Assembly: GCA_951406725.2 (NCBI GenBank)
Contig: OX597831.1
Span: 81,716,001 to 81,780,000, forward strand
Length of the DNA: 64,000 nt
Source of the DNA: Octopus vulgaris
Taxonomy: Eukaryota
Reading direction: 5' to 3'
Both the position numbers and the translations under genes were made by a program. This document shows positions 42,691 to 57,505 of this stretch, one piece after another. Under the pieces are notes generated by a model. That model did no database searches. It saw nothing but the letters and a program-made list of their open reading frames with translations, and was not told the origin of the DNA. Within the stretch, counting starts at the first letter, position 1; every line of letters starts with the position of its first letter.

Positions 42691-45535
42691 TTAGATGAAA
42701 GGGGGGAGAGTTGAGCCCAAATGGCGTAAAAGAGCGAAGAGAGAAGATTAATCCCAGTTCCTGGCGCAAACGGGAATCCGGATGGCCTCTGTGCAAGGAC
42801 AATCCGAACACAGACAGGTGTTGCAAGGAGTGACCGGTGGAGCGGAAATGGCGTGAGACTGGTGTGTCATTGGCGAGGCGGATGTCTCGGAGGTGTTCCG
42901 CGAACCGGTCAGCCAAGCGGCGTCCCGTTTGTCCGATGTACAGAGAATGGCAGAGAGAGCAGGAGATGCAATAGATGATATTGCTGGAGGTGCAGGTGAA
43001 GGAGTCGATGATGCGATAGGGTCGATGATGGGTGCCGGTGAGGAGGGTGGTGTTGGAGAAGTAAGGGCAAGTGCGGCAACGTGGGCGGGAGCAGGGGAAC
43101 GAGCCAGGTTGGGAGGTAGGGTCAGGGAAGAAGCTGTGGACCAAGAGGTCTCGTAGGTTATGGGCTCGATTGAAGGAGGGAAGGGGTCGGTTAGGGAAGA
43201 GGTGTGAAGTGGACGGGTCGGACTGGAGATGCCGGAAAGCTCGAAGAATGGTGTGTTGGAGAGGTAGGGTGGTGGGGTGGTAAGTGAGGGGAAAAGGGAG
43301 GCGGGAGGCTGCAGGGCAGGTTCGGGGGGAGAGAGCAGATGCACGGTCAACGGAACGTGCTCTGGCAAGGGCGGTATGGATAGTGGTGAGGGGGTATCCA
43401 CGTAGGATGAAGTGGCGAACCATGAGTTGAGACTGAATCTCAGTCATGGTCGTCACTACAGAGCCTACGTAGACGGAGGAATTGGAAATAGGGGATGGAA
43501 AGCTTGATGTATTTTGGGTGGTAGAAAGAGAAGTTTAGGTATGAGTGTGAGTCTGTGTGTTTGTAGTGAATGGAGGTGGTAAGAGTGGAGTGAAGAATGC
43601 TAACCGAAATGTCGAGAAAGGAGACAGAGGTGTTGGAGATAGTGGAGGTGAAGTGGAGGACAGGATGGAAGGATTGAACGAAAAAGAGGGAGGAATCTAG
43701 ATGTTCATGGGAGAGTGAGGTGGCACCGATAATGTCGTCAATGTAACAACCGTATAGTTCGGGAGTGGGTCCAGTGAAACTAGAGAATATTTGGGCCTCA
43801 ACATAGCCAACGAACAGGTTCGCATAGTTGGGGCCTATTCGCGTTCCCATGGCCACTCCCGAGACTATTGGTAGAACTCGCCCGCGAACGAGAAGCAGTT
43901 AAGAGAAAGGACAAGTTCGGCCAGACGAATGAGTGTGGAGGTGTCGGGTTCGGGGTTGGGTGGAGGTCGAGAAAGTGTTGAAGTGCCTGCAGTCCTTCGT
44001 GGTGAGGGATAACGGTATAGAGGCTCTGAATGTCCATTGCAAAAAGGAGTTTGGAGGAGCCAGGAGGAAAGGAGAAAGAGTTGAAAAGCCGGAGAGCATG
44101 GTTGGTGTCGTGGATGTGGGAGGGAAGAGACGCCACTAGGGGAGCAAGGACACGGTCGAGGTATTTTGAGATGAGCTCCGTGGGGCAGTTACAGGCGGAG
44201 ACGATGGGGCGGCTAGAGTTGTTGGGTTCGTGGATTTTGGGGAGGAAGTAAATGGTGGGGGTGCGTGGGGTTCGGACAATGAGGCTGGATGCGGTGTGGG
44301 GGAGACAGAACGACGAGATGAGGTCGTGGACAGTAGAGGATACCGTCTGTTGGTAGCTAAGCGTGGGGTCAGAGGACAGAGGGGAGTAGAAGGAGGTGTC
44401 ATTGAGTGGGCGGAGCGCCTCGGCTCTGTAGAGGTCCGCGCGCCACACCACCACAGCTCCACCCTTGTCAACCGGTTTGACGACAATGTCAGCGCGCCAT
44501 TGGAAGGAACGAAGAGCCGAGAGCTCAGCCGGGGAGATGTTGAGGCGGCGGTGGCGCCTGGAGAAGTTGAACCGCTCCAACGCGCGTTGATAGGCACCCG
44601 CGAAAAGATCCACTGCTTGGAACTGGCCGGGGGCAGGTGCCCACAGGGATGGTCGGCGGCCCAGGTCAGTGAAGCAGTCCTCATCGCTGGATGCGGGTGG
44701 TATGTCGCGGAAAAACGCACCCAACCGGACGCGGCGCACAAAGCTGTGGACATCAGCACGGGTCTGGAATTCCTTACAGGATGGAGTGAGGGGTATGAAA
44801 CGCAGACCCCTACTGAGGACGGAGCGTTCCGCCGCAGAGAGGGGAAGATCAAGGGGAATGGTAACAACAGACGGAAGTGGAGAAGAGGTTGATGGAATAG
44901 AAGTAGGAGGGTGGGTGGAATAGGAGTAGGAGGGGTGGTAGGGCTGGTGGAGGTCTGATGGGGGAGGGGGGAGGGGTGGGGGTTGTTAGGAGGGACAGTG
45001 GGGTTAGATGTGGGTGGGTGGAGCCTATCAGGATGGGAGAAGGGTAGTGGAGGAGTTGGGGTAGTGGCGTCGGGTGTGATGGAATAGAGAAGTGATTGGA
45101 GTTTACGAAGTTTGGTATTGGTAAGAAATTGATGAAAGAGGTGATTTAAATGGATAATGAAGCGCAACGTGTTTTGAGCATGGAAGGGTGGCAGAGAGGA
45201 GAAAAAGATGGAAAAAGCTGGAGGGAGAAGGCAGTCGATGGTATGTAGTTTAGAGAGATTGGAGCGAATGTTGGCACGCATAAGGCGGTAAGAGTATGAG
45301 TAAGATGGAAGAAGCAGAGTGGAGAGCAGGGTGGAAATGGAGGCGGAAACCTTTAGGGATGAGGCGATGATGTGGGCAGCGGCTTAGAAAGGAGACGTGG
45401 CTAGAGAAGCGGTTTTTTTTTTAAAAGGAGCAGAGAGAGGTTAATGGACGGCTGAAAGCAGTTTGAAGGGAGAGGGCGGAGGTAATCTTTCAGACGATGG
45501 TGGAGAGTGAGGAGGTAGGATTTATAATCCGGCAT
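42691..45535 (-). pseudogene. Penelope RT-GIY-YIG polyprotein with frameshifts
   Basis: KPVDKGGAVVV, LPKIHE, RPIVS, MDIQSLYT, AMGTRIGPNYANLF, YIDDI, FLDISV, CSRPRCRTC, FTCTSSNIIYCISCSLC...YIGQTGR...RFAEH, PFGLN. Confidence 0.92.
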
Positions 45536-46491
45536 GGTGGAATAGCGAAAAAAAGAGAGAAAAAAAGGGAAAAAAACAAACGTTCGAAAAAAAACACAAT
45601 CGTTCGAAAAAAAAACTAGATAAAAAAAGCGGTAGGAGCAGAAAATAAAGGCGAAGAAGATGGGACAAATAGAAAAAGGAAAGAAAAGAAAGTATGCAGA
45701 GAGAGGGGGAGGCAAAAAAAAACGGGTGCTAGCAGAGAAAACAGAGTATGGACATCCAAAGAAGGAAGAAACGACAGAAAGAAGGACAAAAAAAATACAG
45801 GAAAATGTGGAAAGTATGAAATGAATGTGAAAAAATAATAAATAATATGAGAAAAATAAAACGAAAAAAATGAAAACGAAGGGGACAGTTTATACGAACA
45901 AGTTCAAGGTTAAAAGAGTAGACGTCGTGGTGTATTTCAAGGATTTCACATCAATAACAAACTCACTTTGATCCGTGTAGGAGAAATGCAAATTATATAC
46001 GTTTTATTATTATTTTTTTGCAATTTACATAATCATTGACATTTTATTGTTATTTTAATTTTAATATTTCTATCATATGTAATTTACTAGATGGTGTAAT
46101 TTAATTGTTCATTTTCAATTGATAAACGGTGTTTTTTTTTCTAATTTTTTATATATATATTATATTGTGTGAAATTTGATTTAGTATTTTTAAATTGAAT
46201 GTTTTTACTTGTAAGTTTTGGATTTTATTCCCTCAAATAACGATTATTATATGCAAATGTATATATGCATACATATATACATATACTTAGACATGTACAT
46301 GTATGTATGTAGGTATGTATGTATACATGTATGTATGTATATGTTAATTCGTTTCTTGAATATCTCGAAGCGTACACATAAAGCTATAATCCTTGCATAT
46401 AGATATAGGATTCAGAAACCCTTTTGGAGAGACAAATTCGAAAGAACTACCTTCAGCTTTTTTCCCTCTTCAAAATGCTTTTTCAATTCAG

Positions 46492-49400
46492 TATTTCCAT
46501 ACAATCATTTCCATACAATCATTTCCATACAATTATTTCCATACAATTATTTCCATACAATCATTTGCATACAATCATTTCATTACAATCATTTCCTCAC
46601 AATTATTTCCATACAATCATTTCCATACAATCATTTCCATACAATCATTTCCATACAATTATTTCTATACAATCCTTTCCATACCATCCTTTCAATACAA
46701 TCACTTCCATACAATTATTTCCGTACAATCATTTCCATACAATTATTTCCATACATTCATTTCCATACAATCATTTCCATACAATCATTTCCATACAATC
46801 ATTTCCATACAATCATTTCCATACAATCATTTCCATACAATCATTTCCATACAATCATATTTCCATACAATCATTTCCATACAATCATTTCCATACAATC
46901 ATTTCCATACAACAATCATTTCCATACAATCATTTCCATACAATCATTTCCATACAATCATTTCCATACAATCCTTTCCATACAATCATTTCCATACAAT
47001 CATTTCCATACAATCATTTCCATACAATCATTTCCATACAATCATTTCCATACAATCATTTCCATACAATCATTTCCATACAATCATTTCCATACAATTA
47101 TTTCCATACAATCATTTCCATACAATCATTTCCATACAATCATTTCCATACAATCATTTCCATACAATCATTTCCATACAATCATTTCCATACAATCATT
47201 TCCATACAATCATTTCCATACAATCATTTCCATACAATCATTTCCATACAATCATTTCCATACAATCATTTCCATACAATCATTTCCATACAATTATTTC
47301 CATACAATCATTTCCATACAATCATTTCCATACAATCATTTCAGTACAATCATTTCCATACAATCATTTCAGTGCAATCATTTCCATACAATCATTTCCA
47401 TACAATCATTTCCATACAATCATTTCCATACAAGTATTTCCATACAATCATTTCCATACAATCATTTTCATACAATCACTTCCATACAATCATTTCCATA
47501 CAATCATTTCAGTACAATCATTTCCATACAATCATTTCCATACAATCATTTCCATACAATCATTTCCATACAATCATTTCCATACAATCATTTCCATACA
47601 ATCATTTCCATACAATCATTTCCATACAATCATTTCCATACAATCATTTCCATACAATCATTTCCATACAATCATTTCCATACAATCATTTCCATACAAT
47701 CATTTCCATACAATCATTTCCATACAATCATTTCCATACCATTATTTCCATACAATCATTTCCATACAATCATTTCCATACAATCATTTCCATACAATTA
47801 TTTCCATACAATTATTTTCATACAGTCATTTCCATACTATCATTTCAGTACAATCATTTCCATACAATCATTTCCATACAATCATTTTCATACAATCATT
47901 TCCATACAATCATTTCCATACAATCATTTCCATATTTCCATATCATTTCCATACAATCATTTCCATACAATCATTTCCATACAATCATTTCCATATTTCA
48001 ATACAATCATTTCCATACAATCATTTCCATACAATCCATTTCCATACAATCATTTCCATACAATCATTTCCATACAATCATTTCCATACAATCATTTCTA
48101 CAATCAATTTTTCCATACAATCATTTCCATACAATCATTTCCATTCATTTCCATACAATCATTTCCATACAATCATTTCCATACAATCATTTCCATACAA
48201 TCATTTCCATACAATCATTTCCATACAATCATTTCCATACAATCATTTCCATACAATCATTTCCATCATACCAACAATCATTTCCATACAATCATTTCCA
48301 TACAATCATTTCCATACAATCATTTCCACAATCTTCCACAATCATTTCCATACAATCATTTCCATACAATCATTTCCATACAATCATTTCCATACAATCA
48401 TTTCCATACAATCATTTCCATACAATCATTTCCATACAATCATTTCCATACAATCATTTCCATACAATCATTTCCATCAATCACAATCATTTCCATACAA
48501 TCATTTCAATCATTTCCATACAATCATTTCCATACAATCATTTCATACTCATATACAATCATTTCCATACAATCATTTCCATACAATCATTTCCATACAA
48601 TCATTTCCATACAATCATTTCCATACAATCATTTCAGTACAATCATTTCAGTACAATTATTTCCATACAATCATTTCCATACAATCATTTCCATTTAATC
48701 ATTTCCATACAATCATTTCCATACAATCATTTCATTACAATCATTTCCATACAATCATTTCCATACAATCATTTTCATACAATCATTTCCATACAATCAT
48801 TTCCATACAATCATTTCCATACAATCATTTCCATACAATCATTTCCATACAATCATTTCCATACAATCATTTCCATACAATCATTTCCATACAATCATTT
48901 CAATCATACAATCATTTCCATACAATCATTTCCATACAATCATTTCCATACAATCATTTCCATACAATCATTTCCATACAATCATTTCCATACAATCATT
49001 TCCATACAATCATTTCCATACAATCATTTCCATACAATCATTTCCATACAATCATTTCCATACAATCATTTCCATACAATCATTTCCATACAATCATTTC
49101 CATACAATCATTTCCATACAATCATTTCCATACAATCATTTCCATACAATCATTTCCATACAATCATTTCCATACAATCATTTCAATACAATCATTTCCA
49201 TACAATCATTTCAATACAATCATTTCCATACAATCATTTCCATACAATCATTTCCATACAATCATTTCCATACAATCATTTCCATACAATCATTTCCATA
49301 CAATCATTTCCATACAATCATTTCCATACAATCATTTCCATACAATCATTTCCATACAATCATTTCCATACAATCATTTCCATACAATTATTTCCATACA

Positions 49401-51108
49401 ATCATTTCCATACAATCATTTCCATACAATCATTTCCATACAATCATTTCCATACAATCATTTCCATACAATCATTTCATTACAATCATTTTCATACAAT
49501 CATTTCCATACAATCATTTCCATACAATTATTTCCATACAATCATTTCCATACAATCATTTCCATACAATCATTTCCATACAATCATTTTCCATACAATC
49601 ATTTCCATACAATCATTTCCATACAATCATTTCCATACAATCATTTCCATACAATCATTTCCATACAATCATTTCCATACAATTATTTCCATACAATCAT
49701 TTCCATACAATCATTTCCATACAATCATTTCCATACAATTATTTCCATACAATCATTTCCATACAATCATTTCCATACAATCATTTCCATACAATCATTT
49801 CCATACAATCATTTCCATACAATCATTTCCATACAATCATTTCCATACAATCATTTCCATACAATCATTTCCATACAATCATTTCCATACAATCATTTCC
49901 ATACAATCATTTCCATACAATCATTTCCATACAATCATTTCCATACAATCATTTTCATACAATCATTTCCATACAATCATTTCCATACAATCATTTCCAT
50001 ACAATCATTTCCATACAATCATTTCAGTACAATCATTTCCATACAATCATTTCCATACAATCATTTCCATACAATCATTTCCATACAATCATTTCCATAC
50101 AATCATTATATCATTTCATATATTTCAACAATCATTTCTATCATTTCATCATATTTCATCAATCATTCCTATACAACATATCATTTCATACAATCATTTC
50201 CATACAATCATTTCCATACAATCATTTCCATACAATATTTCCATACAATATTTCCATACAATCATTTCCATACAATCATTTCCATACAATCATTTCCATA
50301 CAATCATTTCCATACAATCATTTCCATACAATCATTTCCATACAATCATTTCCATACAATCATTTCCATACAATCATTTCCATACAATCATTTCCATACA
50401 ATCATTTCCATACAATCATTTCCATACAATCTTTTCAGTACAATTATTTCCATACAATCATTTCAGTACAATCATTTCCATACAATCATTTCCATACAAT
50501 CATTTCCATACAATCATTTCCATACAATCATTTCCATACAATTATTTCCATACAATCATTTCCATACAATCATTTCCATACAATCATTTCCATACAATCA
50601 TTTTCATACAATCATTTCCATACAATCATTTCCATACAATCATTTCCATACAATCATTTCCATACAATCATTTTCATACAATCATTTCCATACAATCATT
50701 TCCATACAATTATTTCCATACAATCATTTCCATACAATCATTTCCATACAATTATTTCCATACAATCATTTCCATACAATCATTTCCATACAATCATTTC
50801 CATACAATCATTTCCATACAATCATTTCCATACAATTATTTCCATACAATCATTTCCATACAATCATTTCCATACAATCATTTCCATACAATCATTTCCA
50901 TACAATCATTTCCATAATGTTATTTCCGTACAATTATTTCCGTACAATTATTTTCATGCAACTATTTCCATAAAATTATTTCCATACAATTATTTCCATA
51001 ATGTTATTTCCGTACAATCATTTCTGTATAATTATTTCCATACAATTAATTCCCTACAATTATTTCCATACAATCATTTCCATACAATCATTTCCATACA
51101 ATCATTTA
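46492..51108. repeat. 14-bp tandem satellite (CATACAATCATTTC)n, ~330 units
   Basis: Seen directly; homogeneous core, diverged edges. Confidence 0.98.
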
Positions 51109-52551
51109 TAGTTTTTTGTTTCAAAATATTCCGAAAAAGAATTCGTTTACGTTCTTACAGAACCTTACCAAATGTTCATGACGTCAAAAAATCCATATAC
51201 ATATATATGATGTAGGGAAGACGTGTGAGGAAGCAGTTTGGGTGTTGCACTCATGATCGGTGGATTGCGAGTTCCATTCCAGGACCGGATGTTGCGTCAT
51301 ATTTCCGAGCAAAATAATTGATTTGTCTTTGCTCAGCTATCATTCCGACATCTGACTTACGGCACACTTATGCACCTGTACAGGCAATGTCGGTCTGATG
51401 GAAGGAGAGAGCCAATGCACAGCACAAACCTTTGATCATTTTAAACAAACTGTAGGTTATTCAGCAAAAACTGAACTCTCACCGACAGGAGATTCCAAGG
51501 ATAGCAAGTGTGAAGAAACACAAGAATTCTTCAATTTTTTCTCTTAAATGTGTCTTTACTCCTCCATCAGTACCAAGGCACTCACAATCCTCGATACGCC
51601 ACTGGTTTCCTCCACCAGGCAGACAATGCCCTCATATCTTGATATTCTGTTTCTTAAAGCCTTGACCCAAGGGCCTGGGTCCTTCTTTTTTCTGTTTCAA
51701 TATCTGAGATCTTTGATAGGGTCAAGGGCGCAACTCTTCCTCGTCTGACTAAGCAATAGAAAAATAAACACGTAATCAACACACACACACACACACACAT
51801 ACATATAATATACACATAAACTTAGGCACACATGTATATATATGTGCGTGGGTTTGTATCTGAGTGTATACATACATACATTCATATGTACATACATGCA
51901 TACATACACACACACACATACATACAATACATACAATACATACATACATACATACATACATACATACATACATACACACATACATTCATACATACATACA
52001 TGTACGGAACTTGTGGAGAAAGCGTAAGTAAACTCTTGTGGTAAAAACATGAAATAGCAAGAAAGACAAAGTGAAGGAGAAAAATAGGGAGAGAGAGAGA
52101 GAGAGAGGAGAAGGGGAAATAAAAAAAGAGCGATGTCGTATTGTGTAGCATCACCATCACATATCACTTCCGGTTCGTTTGCTATATAATGTGAGCAGTG
52201 AAGCGTGCAGAAAAACGAACTATTAAATACTTTATCCTGATATGGCAGCAAGAGAAAGTTATTGACCCGGAGCAATTTCACGGCTGGGGACACAATTCAA
52301 TCGAACACCGTGTTGTGCTTGCGATGGCGATAGACTAACATGAAGTTAATAGCAAAACACTTAAATCCTAACAGGCAATATGGTCGGTATGGGGGGGGTA
52401 TGTGACTGGGTGGTTGGGTGGTTGGGCGGTTGGTGGCTGTTGACTAGTGGAGGGGTTCTGAGGGGTGCGTGGGTGTTGGCCTAAGAAGTGGAACAAAAAA
52501 GGGTGATCAATGGCAAGATTTCTCACTTGTAGCCGCTTGCATTTCTTTCTC

Positions 52552-52600
<49 letters not shown>

Positions 52601-52610
52601 TTATCTATCC

Positions 52611-52677
<67 letters not shown>

Positions 52678-52729
52678 CATCTATTCATCTATCGATCTAT
52701 CTATCTATCTATCTATCCATCTATCTATC

Positions 52730-55700
52730 TTAAAGTCACACAAGTTAGAAATCATAGCCATAAGTGAGACCAGACTCCACAATCCGCGGGCCCTAAAGAC
52801 CATGTTTGGCGGACAGTTCAACATTTATTTTTCCCCCTGTCTGCCAAGAATGGGCGGTAGTGGCACCGCGGTACTTTTTCGCAAGTGTCTGGATCTCAAA
52901 GTAAGGACAATATTCGTAGACCCGGAGGGTAGACTGGTTGTCCTGGATGTCGACGGCAGCAATGGGTGCGCTTTTCGACTCGTATCAGTCTACGCACCGC
53001 CTTTAACAGGGACGGCGAATTTCTTTCAACGTTTAGAAGTATTCTTGGGAACGACTCGTCCTTTACTCTTAGTTGGGGATTGGAATGCTACCTTGGACAC
53101 GCATCTAGACTACGTGTGCAGAGATAGGAATAAGCGGGGATGCAAATGCCTCAGAGACCTGCTTAGACGCTTTCAACTGTCTGGCAGGTACCGACTAGAC
53201 CACTCGAATGCGCCAACGTGGACATGGAGCAACCGCATCGGGTCGTCGAGATCGTATCTAGATAGGATACTGTGTAGGACAGTAGATAGAGATAGCGTAG
53301 GATGTCCACAATTCCACATAGTCAGCTACACGGATCACAAACTTGTGACATGTACGCTAGACTTAGGTAAGACACATAGGCAGGGTCCCGGATACTGGAA
53401 ACTAAACGCGTCTTTCCCATCGAGACAGGTTTTCAGAGACCGGATTAGCACACTAGTAAAGAGGGCTTTGACGGGAGCCATCATCAACAACAAATGGTTT
53501 GCCCTCAAGAGAGTAGTAAAAGCAGAAGCGATTAGGTACAGCAAAGCACTAATCATAGATAGAAACAGAGTAGAGGGTGAGCTAGTTAAGAAGCTAGAAG
53601 AGGCAATTAGAAGCGGCATCGCATCCGACGTTTTGGCGGCGAGGTTGGCCCTCGACCAATACTTCAACGCCAACACGAAGGCTATGTTGTCAGAGCTAGG
53701 TTGCATGCTCTAAGGAATGAAGGTGTTGGAGTCGCGAGAGAGGCCCGGGTGGAAGAGGTGCAACAGGGCAACAAAGCCACCATTCGGTCTCTGGTAGATG
53801 AACAGGAGCGCGAATTGCCCGAGCCAAGTAAAATGTGTGAGGCTTTTCAACAGCAATTTGCCCGACTGTTCGGGACGAGAGGCGGGCAAGAACGTAGGGT
53901 GGACTTCAGTGCCATCACGGCGGCGGAAGTGCAGGATGCGATGGCAGAATGCTCGGGGGATAAATCGCCAGGTTTGGATGGTCTATCCTACGAGCTTTAC
54001 AGTTGCATGCCAGACTTGTTTGGAGACGTCTTGGCAGCGGTGTACTGCAACTGACAGCAAAACGGGAGCATTTTTTGAGCCGAGAAGCCGGAACACTGCT
54101 GAAGAAAGATCTAAACAAGGAGATAACTTTAGGCCCATCACTTAATGCAGACTTGAAAATTTTGGCCAAGGTGTTAGCCAAGAGGTTGGCGCTTGTCATC
54201 GAGAAACTGGTCGACAAGGCGCAAACGTGCGCCGTGCCGGGCCGGAGCATCCATGGCAACCTCCACATGATGCGCTACATCATAGACAGAGTAGTTAAGT
54301 AACCTGGCATGGGTGGGGCCCTGATCAATTTGGATCAATCGAAAGCTTTCGATAGGGTAGACCATCGATAATTGGAGGCTGTCCTCAGAGCGGCTGGTTT
54401 CGGTCCCGTCTTCCGCGGCTGGATAGCCGCTTCGTACAGAGGCATCCGTTCGGTAATTCGCGTAAATGGACATCTATCGAGATTTTTCGACATCGCACGT
54501 TCGGTCTGTCAGGGATGGCCCCTCTTGTCGCTTGTCTACGTATTGACTCTCGAGCCATTATTGCGGAAGCTGACAATTCTGAGGGGCATCCCGCGAGAAC
54601 TGGGATGCGGGACGAGCGTGTCTGCATACGCGGATGACGTCACTGTCATAGTGTCTAGCCACGAGCACATCGAGCTGGTCGGCGAGACACTGAAAGACTA
54701 AGAAGCGGTGACAGGAGCGAAAATCAACCGGGAAGAATCAGTGGGTCTGCGACTCGGCACCTGGATGAAGCAAGTCCACCAGCGCCTCCGTCGTGGGACG
54801 CTGGACTGACGGTCCGGTCGAGTTGCTCGGGGTCTGTTTTGGTCAGGACCTCCAAATGGAGAAGAACTGGAACGAGATAACGAGTAGGGTGGTCACTCTC
54901 GCCCGGCAATAGGCCGAGAGGAAACTGTCCCTAAAAGACCGGCGGAGGTGGCGAACTCGTACATCACGTCCGTCATCTACTACCGCCTGACCGTCGTGCC
55001 TTGTTCCTACCCTACCATCACCAAACTAGAACGCATTCTCTTTCTCTTCTTGTGGGAAGGATGCGTCCCGATGGTCAGGCGATCCATTTGCTGTCAACAC
55101 CCGTTAAAAGGAGGACTAGGCATGCCGTGGTTGATGATGCGCAGACACGCGCTGAGACTGCGACATCTCAGGCTCTACGTAGACGACGGTGAACAGGTGT
55201 GGTCGCTGTTTGTTAGGCTTTCCCACAACTCGTCTCCATGACCGAACTGCAGTCGTGGATCAAAAAGAGGCCGAGGAAGGGCGAATGGCACCGCGAGTGT
55301 CGCGTTGCTCTCAAGCAACTATGCCGTCACGGGTCGACCTTGAGTGACTTCAACACAGCCCAAGCATTATATAGGAGATTAGTGGAGGGGAGGTACGACG
55401 ACGAGCTCGGGGCGAACCTGGACATCGACGAGGAATACCTGATCCGCCTGTTCACGACGACTTTCGGGCCAGGGCTCATGGACAACTTCCAGAGATCCCT
55501 GGCCTGACAGTGCTACCGAGAAGCGCTACCCGTTCGGGATAAGCTCTACAGACACGGCTCGAGAAACACGGGGCCGACCTGCCCGAGATGCGGTCAGAGC
55601 GACGAAACCGTTCTGCACGCACTCGTGCAGTGTCCAACAATTTCCGACCTGTGGGCTTATGTCGAACAACTGCTGTCACGTGTGGGACGAGTCGGTTTAT

Positions 55701-55999
55701 CAGCCGAGTCTATCGTCAATATTGTCACGCCTCCTTCCTTCAAACGGGAAGGAAGGGCTATTTTCATCATCGTTGTGGCTATGGCGAAAGAATGTATCTG
55801 GTGGACGCGTCTGAAAGGATTGGAGACAAACACTTTCCTCTCTGGTCAATCTCTCATCAACTTCTTCAAGTATCACTTGAAAAGGAAAGTGAGAGTAGAG
55901 AGGCAAGTTTTGTCTAGCGAATGTTTTAAAAAAAGATGGGTGAATGTAGCAAGGATGGCACGTATGAATGACGAAGCCACCTTGACTATGATCCTATGA
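52730..55999 (+). pseudogene. Tx1-type ORF2 (AP endonuclease, RT, zinc knuckle) with stops and frameshifts
   Basis: IAISETRL, EGRLVVL, VYAP, VGDWN, YLDRI, TDHK, YWKLN, SPGLDG, DQSKAFDRV, AYADDVT, GGLGMP, CPRCGQSDETVLHALVQC. Confidence 0.92.
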
Positions 56000-56343
56000 A
56001 CCCGGAAATTTAAAACAGAGGGTTACCTGCCTGCAAACAAATGTGGTAACATGTAACAATATTGACCGAGGTTACCGTGGTCTTTTCCGTAGGCTTTTCT
56101 TCCCACGGATAAACCTTATCTGCTTCCCCCTTTACACTTTACATCATGATACTGTGATACACGGTCCCTATTGATCGTTTTTTTTCTTCTTTTTTCTTTT
56201 CTTTTGTTTCTTTTCCTTTTTTCTTCTTCTTTTCCTTTTACGATCCCTTTTGATCGAAAATCTACACCACCTTTTTTTCCCCAAAAAAAGAAAGGCTGTA
56301 ATCTGTCCCGCCTGTGTGCAACCCTGTGTGGCTAATAAAGAAA
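52730..56343 (+). mobile_element. Tx1/L1-clade non-LTR retrotransposon, 5'-truncated, inserted in (TCTA)n
   Basis: APE-RT-CCHC domain order, ~340-bp 3' UTR ending AATAAAGAAA; (TCTA)n at 52553..52729 and ~56347..56470. Confidence 0.9.
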
Positions 56344-56371
56344 CATATCTATCTATCTGTATGTCTGTCTG

Positions 56372-56439
<68 letters not shown>

Positions 56440-56894
56440 GTTATCTCTATTTCTATCTATCTGTCTGTCTATCTATCTGTGTATGTCTGTCTGTCTGTGT
56501 GTCTGTGTGTGTCGTTGTTCAGTTTTATTTCAAGATATGTTGCCAGATCTACGTAGCAAATATTCAAAGAGGGCAAATTAAGCTATTTCTCTGTAGATTG
56601 AAATATTGATAAACCGGCTTAATCGATTTTCGAACCTTTTTGGTTCCTCATCAAACGTGTCTCCATCAATTTGATCGATCCCAGAGAAACAGGCAGAACC
56701 AATCTGTTTCTACACACACTCGCGTGCACACAAACATATTTCAACTAACCTAAAATTCTCTGCTTTCTCATCACTGCTATTTCTCTGCTATTTCTCTGCT
56801 TATTCTGAGCAGGCAATCTGTAAGTGCAACTCAGTCGCTGATATCGACTGTTCTATGATAAAGCGGTATTTTCTACTGTGGAAGGCTGAAAAGC

Positions 56895-57182
56895 TAGTAT
56901 CAGGGAACCCAAATCTCTGATGAAGCTACATATAAGAAAGAGATTAAGGAATTAGGACCCGGATAGCCATGGCAAAAACGTTCATAGAAAAGCATAATAA
57001 CATCCAGAGCAGCAAAAGAGTCCCGACTAATTTAAAAACAAGGCTCGTGCGAGTTCATTTAGCCAATAGACATTTGTGAAGTACGGACTCTGAACAAATT
57101 TGAAGAGAATAGAATCAATGTATTTGAAATGTTGGTTTATAGGAGAATGTTACGAGTCCCTTACAAGGATCATCGGATAACT
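56895..57182 (+). pseudogene. RTE-clade LINE RT thumb fragment
   Basis: GTQISDEATYKKEIK...RIAMAK, then CEVRTLNKFEENRINVFEMLVYRRMLRVPYKDHRIT (compare the RTE motif CESWT..RI.AFEMW.YRRMLRI.W.D..TN). Confidence 0.75.
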
Positions 57183-57505
57183 TGCCTAAAATTTATTTAA
57201 TTTCAATGTTAAACTCGAAACTATTGAGGCACTGTAGTTTTGAAATAAACTTTTACTCATCTCGCCCGCTTTTTACAGCTATTTCGTATCAAGCCAAATC
57301 GTGGATGTTTATTTGAACATCTATTTTCAACATGTAAAGAAGTATTTTTTCTGTGTATATATATATATACACAATGTACATTTAAACACATAAGAGATAT
57401 CCGTCATAGGATTCTTGTCACGCTAGAAGGAACAGCCAAAATCTAAACCACTATTAGGGATAAACTTCGAAAGGAATGAAATGTAAAAACATTTACCATC
57501 TATCT

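Larger units (their letters stand above)
41812..45900 (-). mobile_element. GC-rich Neptune-type Penelope-like element, near full length
   Basis: RT + Cys-rich linker + GIY-YIG, long low-complexity 3' region, pLTR with hammerhead at 41945. The 5' boundary is approximate. Confidence 0.88.

Noticed and set aside
42341-44923. Plus-strand ORFs over the Neptune element
   Set aside because: Antisense shadows of GC-rich coding sequence.
46218-50973. 826-1526 aa ORFs
   Set aside because: They result from a stop-free 14-bp satellite; the same peptide repeat appears in all three frames.
46492-51108. CRISPR array or telomeric repeat
   Set aside because: No spacers, eukaryotic context, not TTAGGG-like.
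56918-56990. CTGATGA as a plus-strand hammerhead
   Set aside because: Lies in the RTE coding remnant (ISDEA); no GAAA core or stem I.
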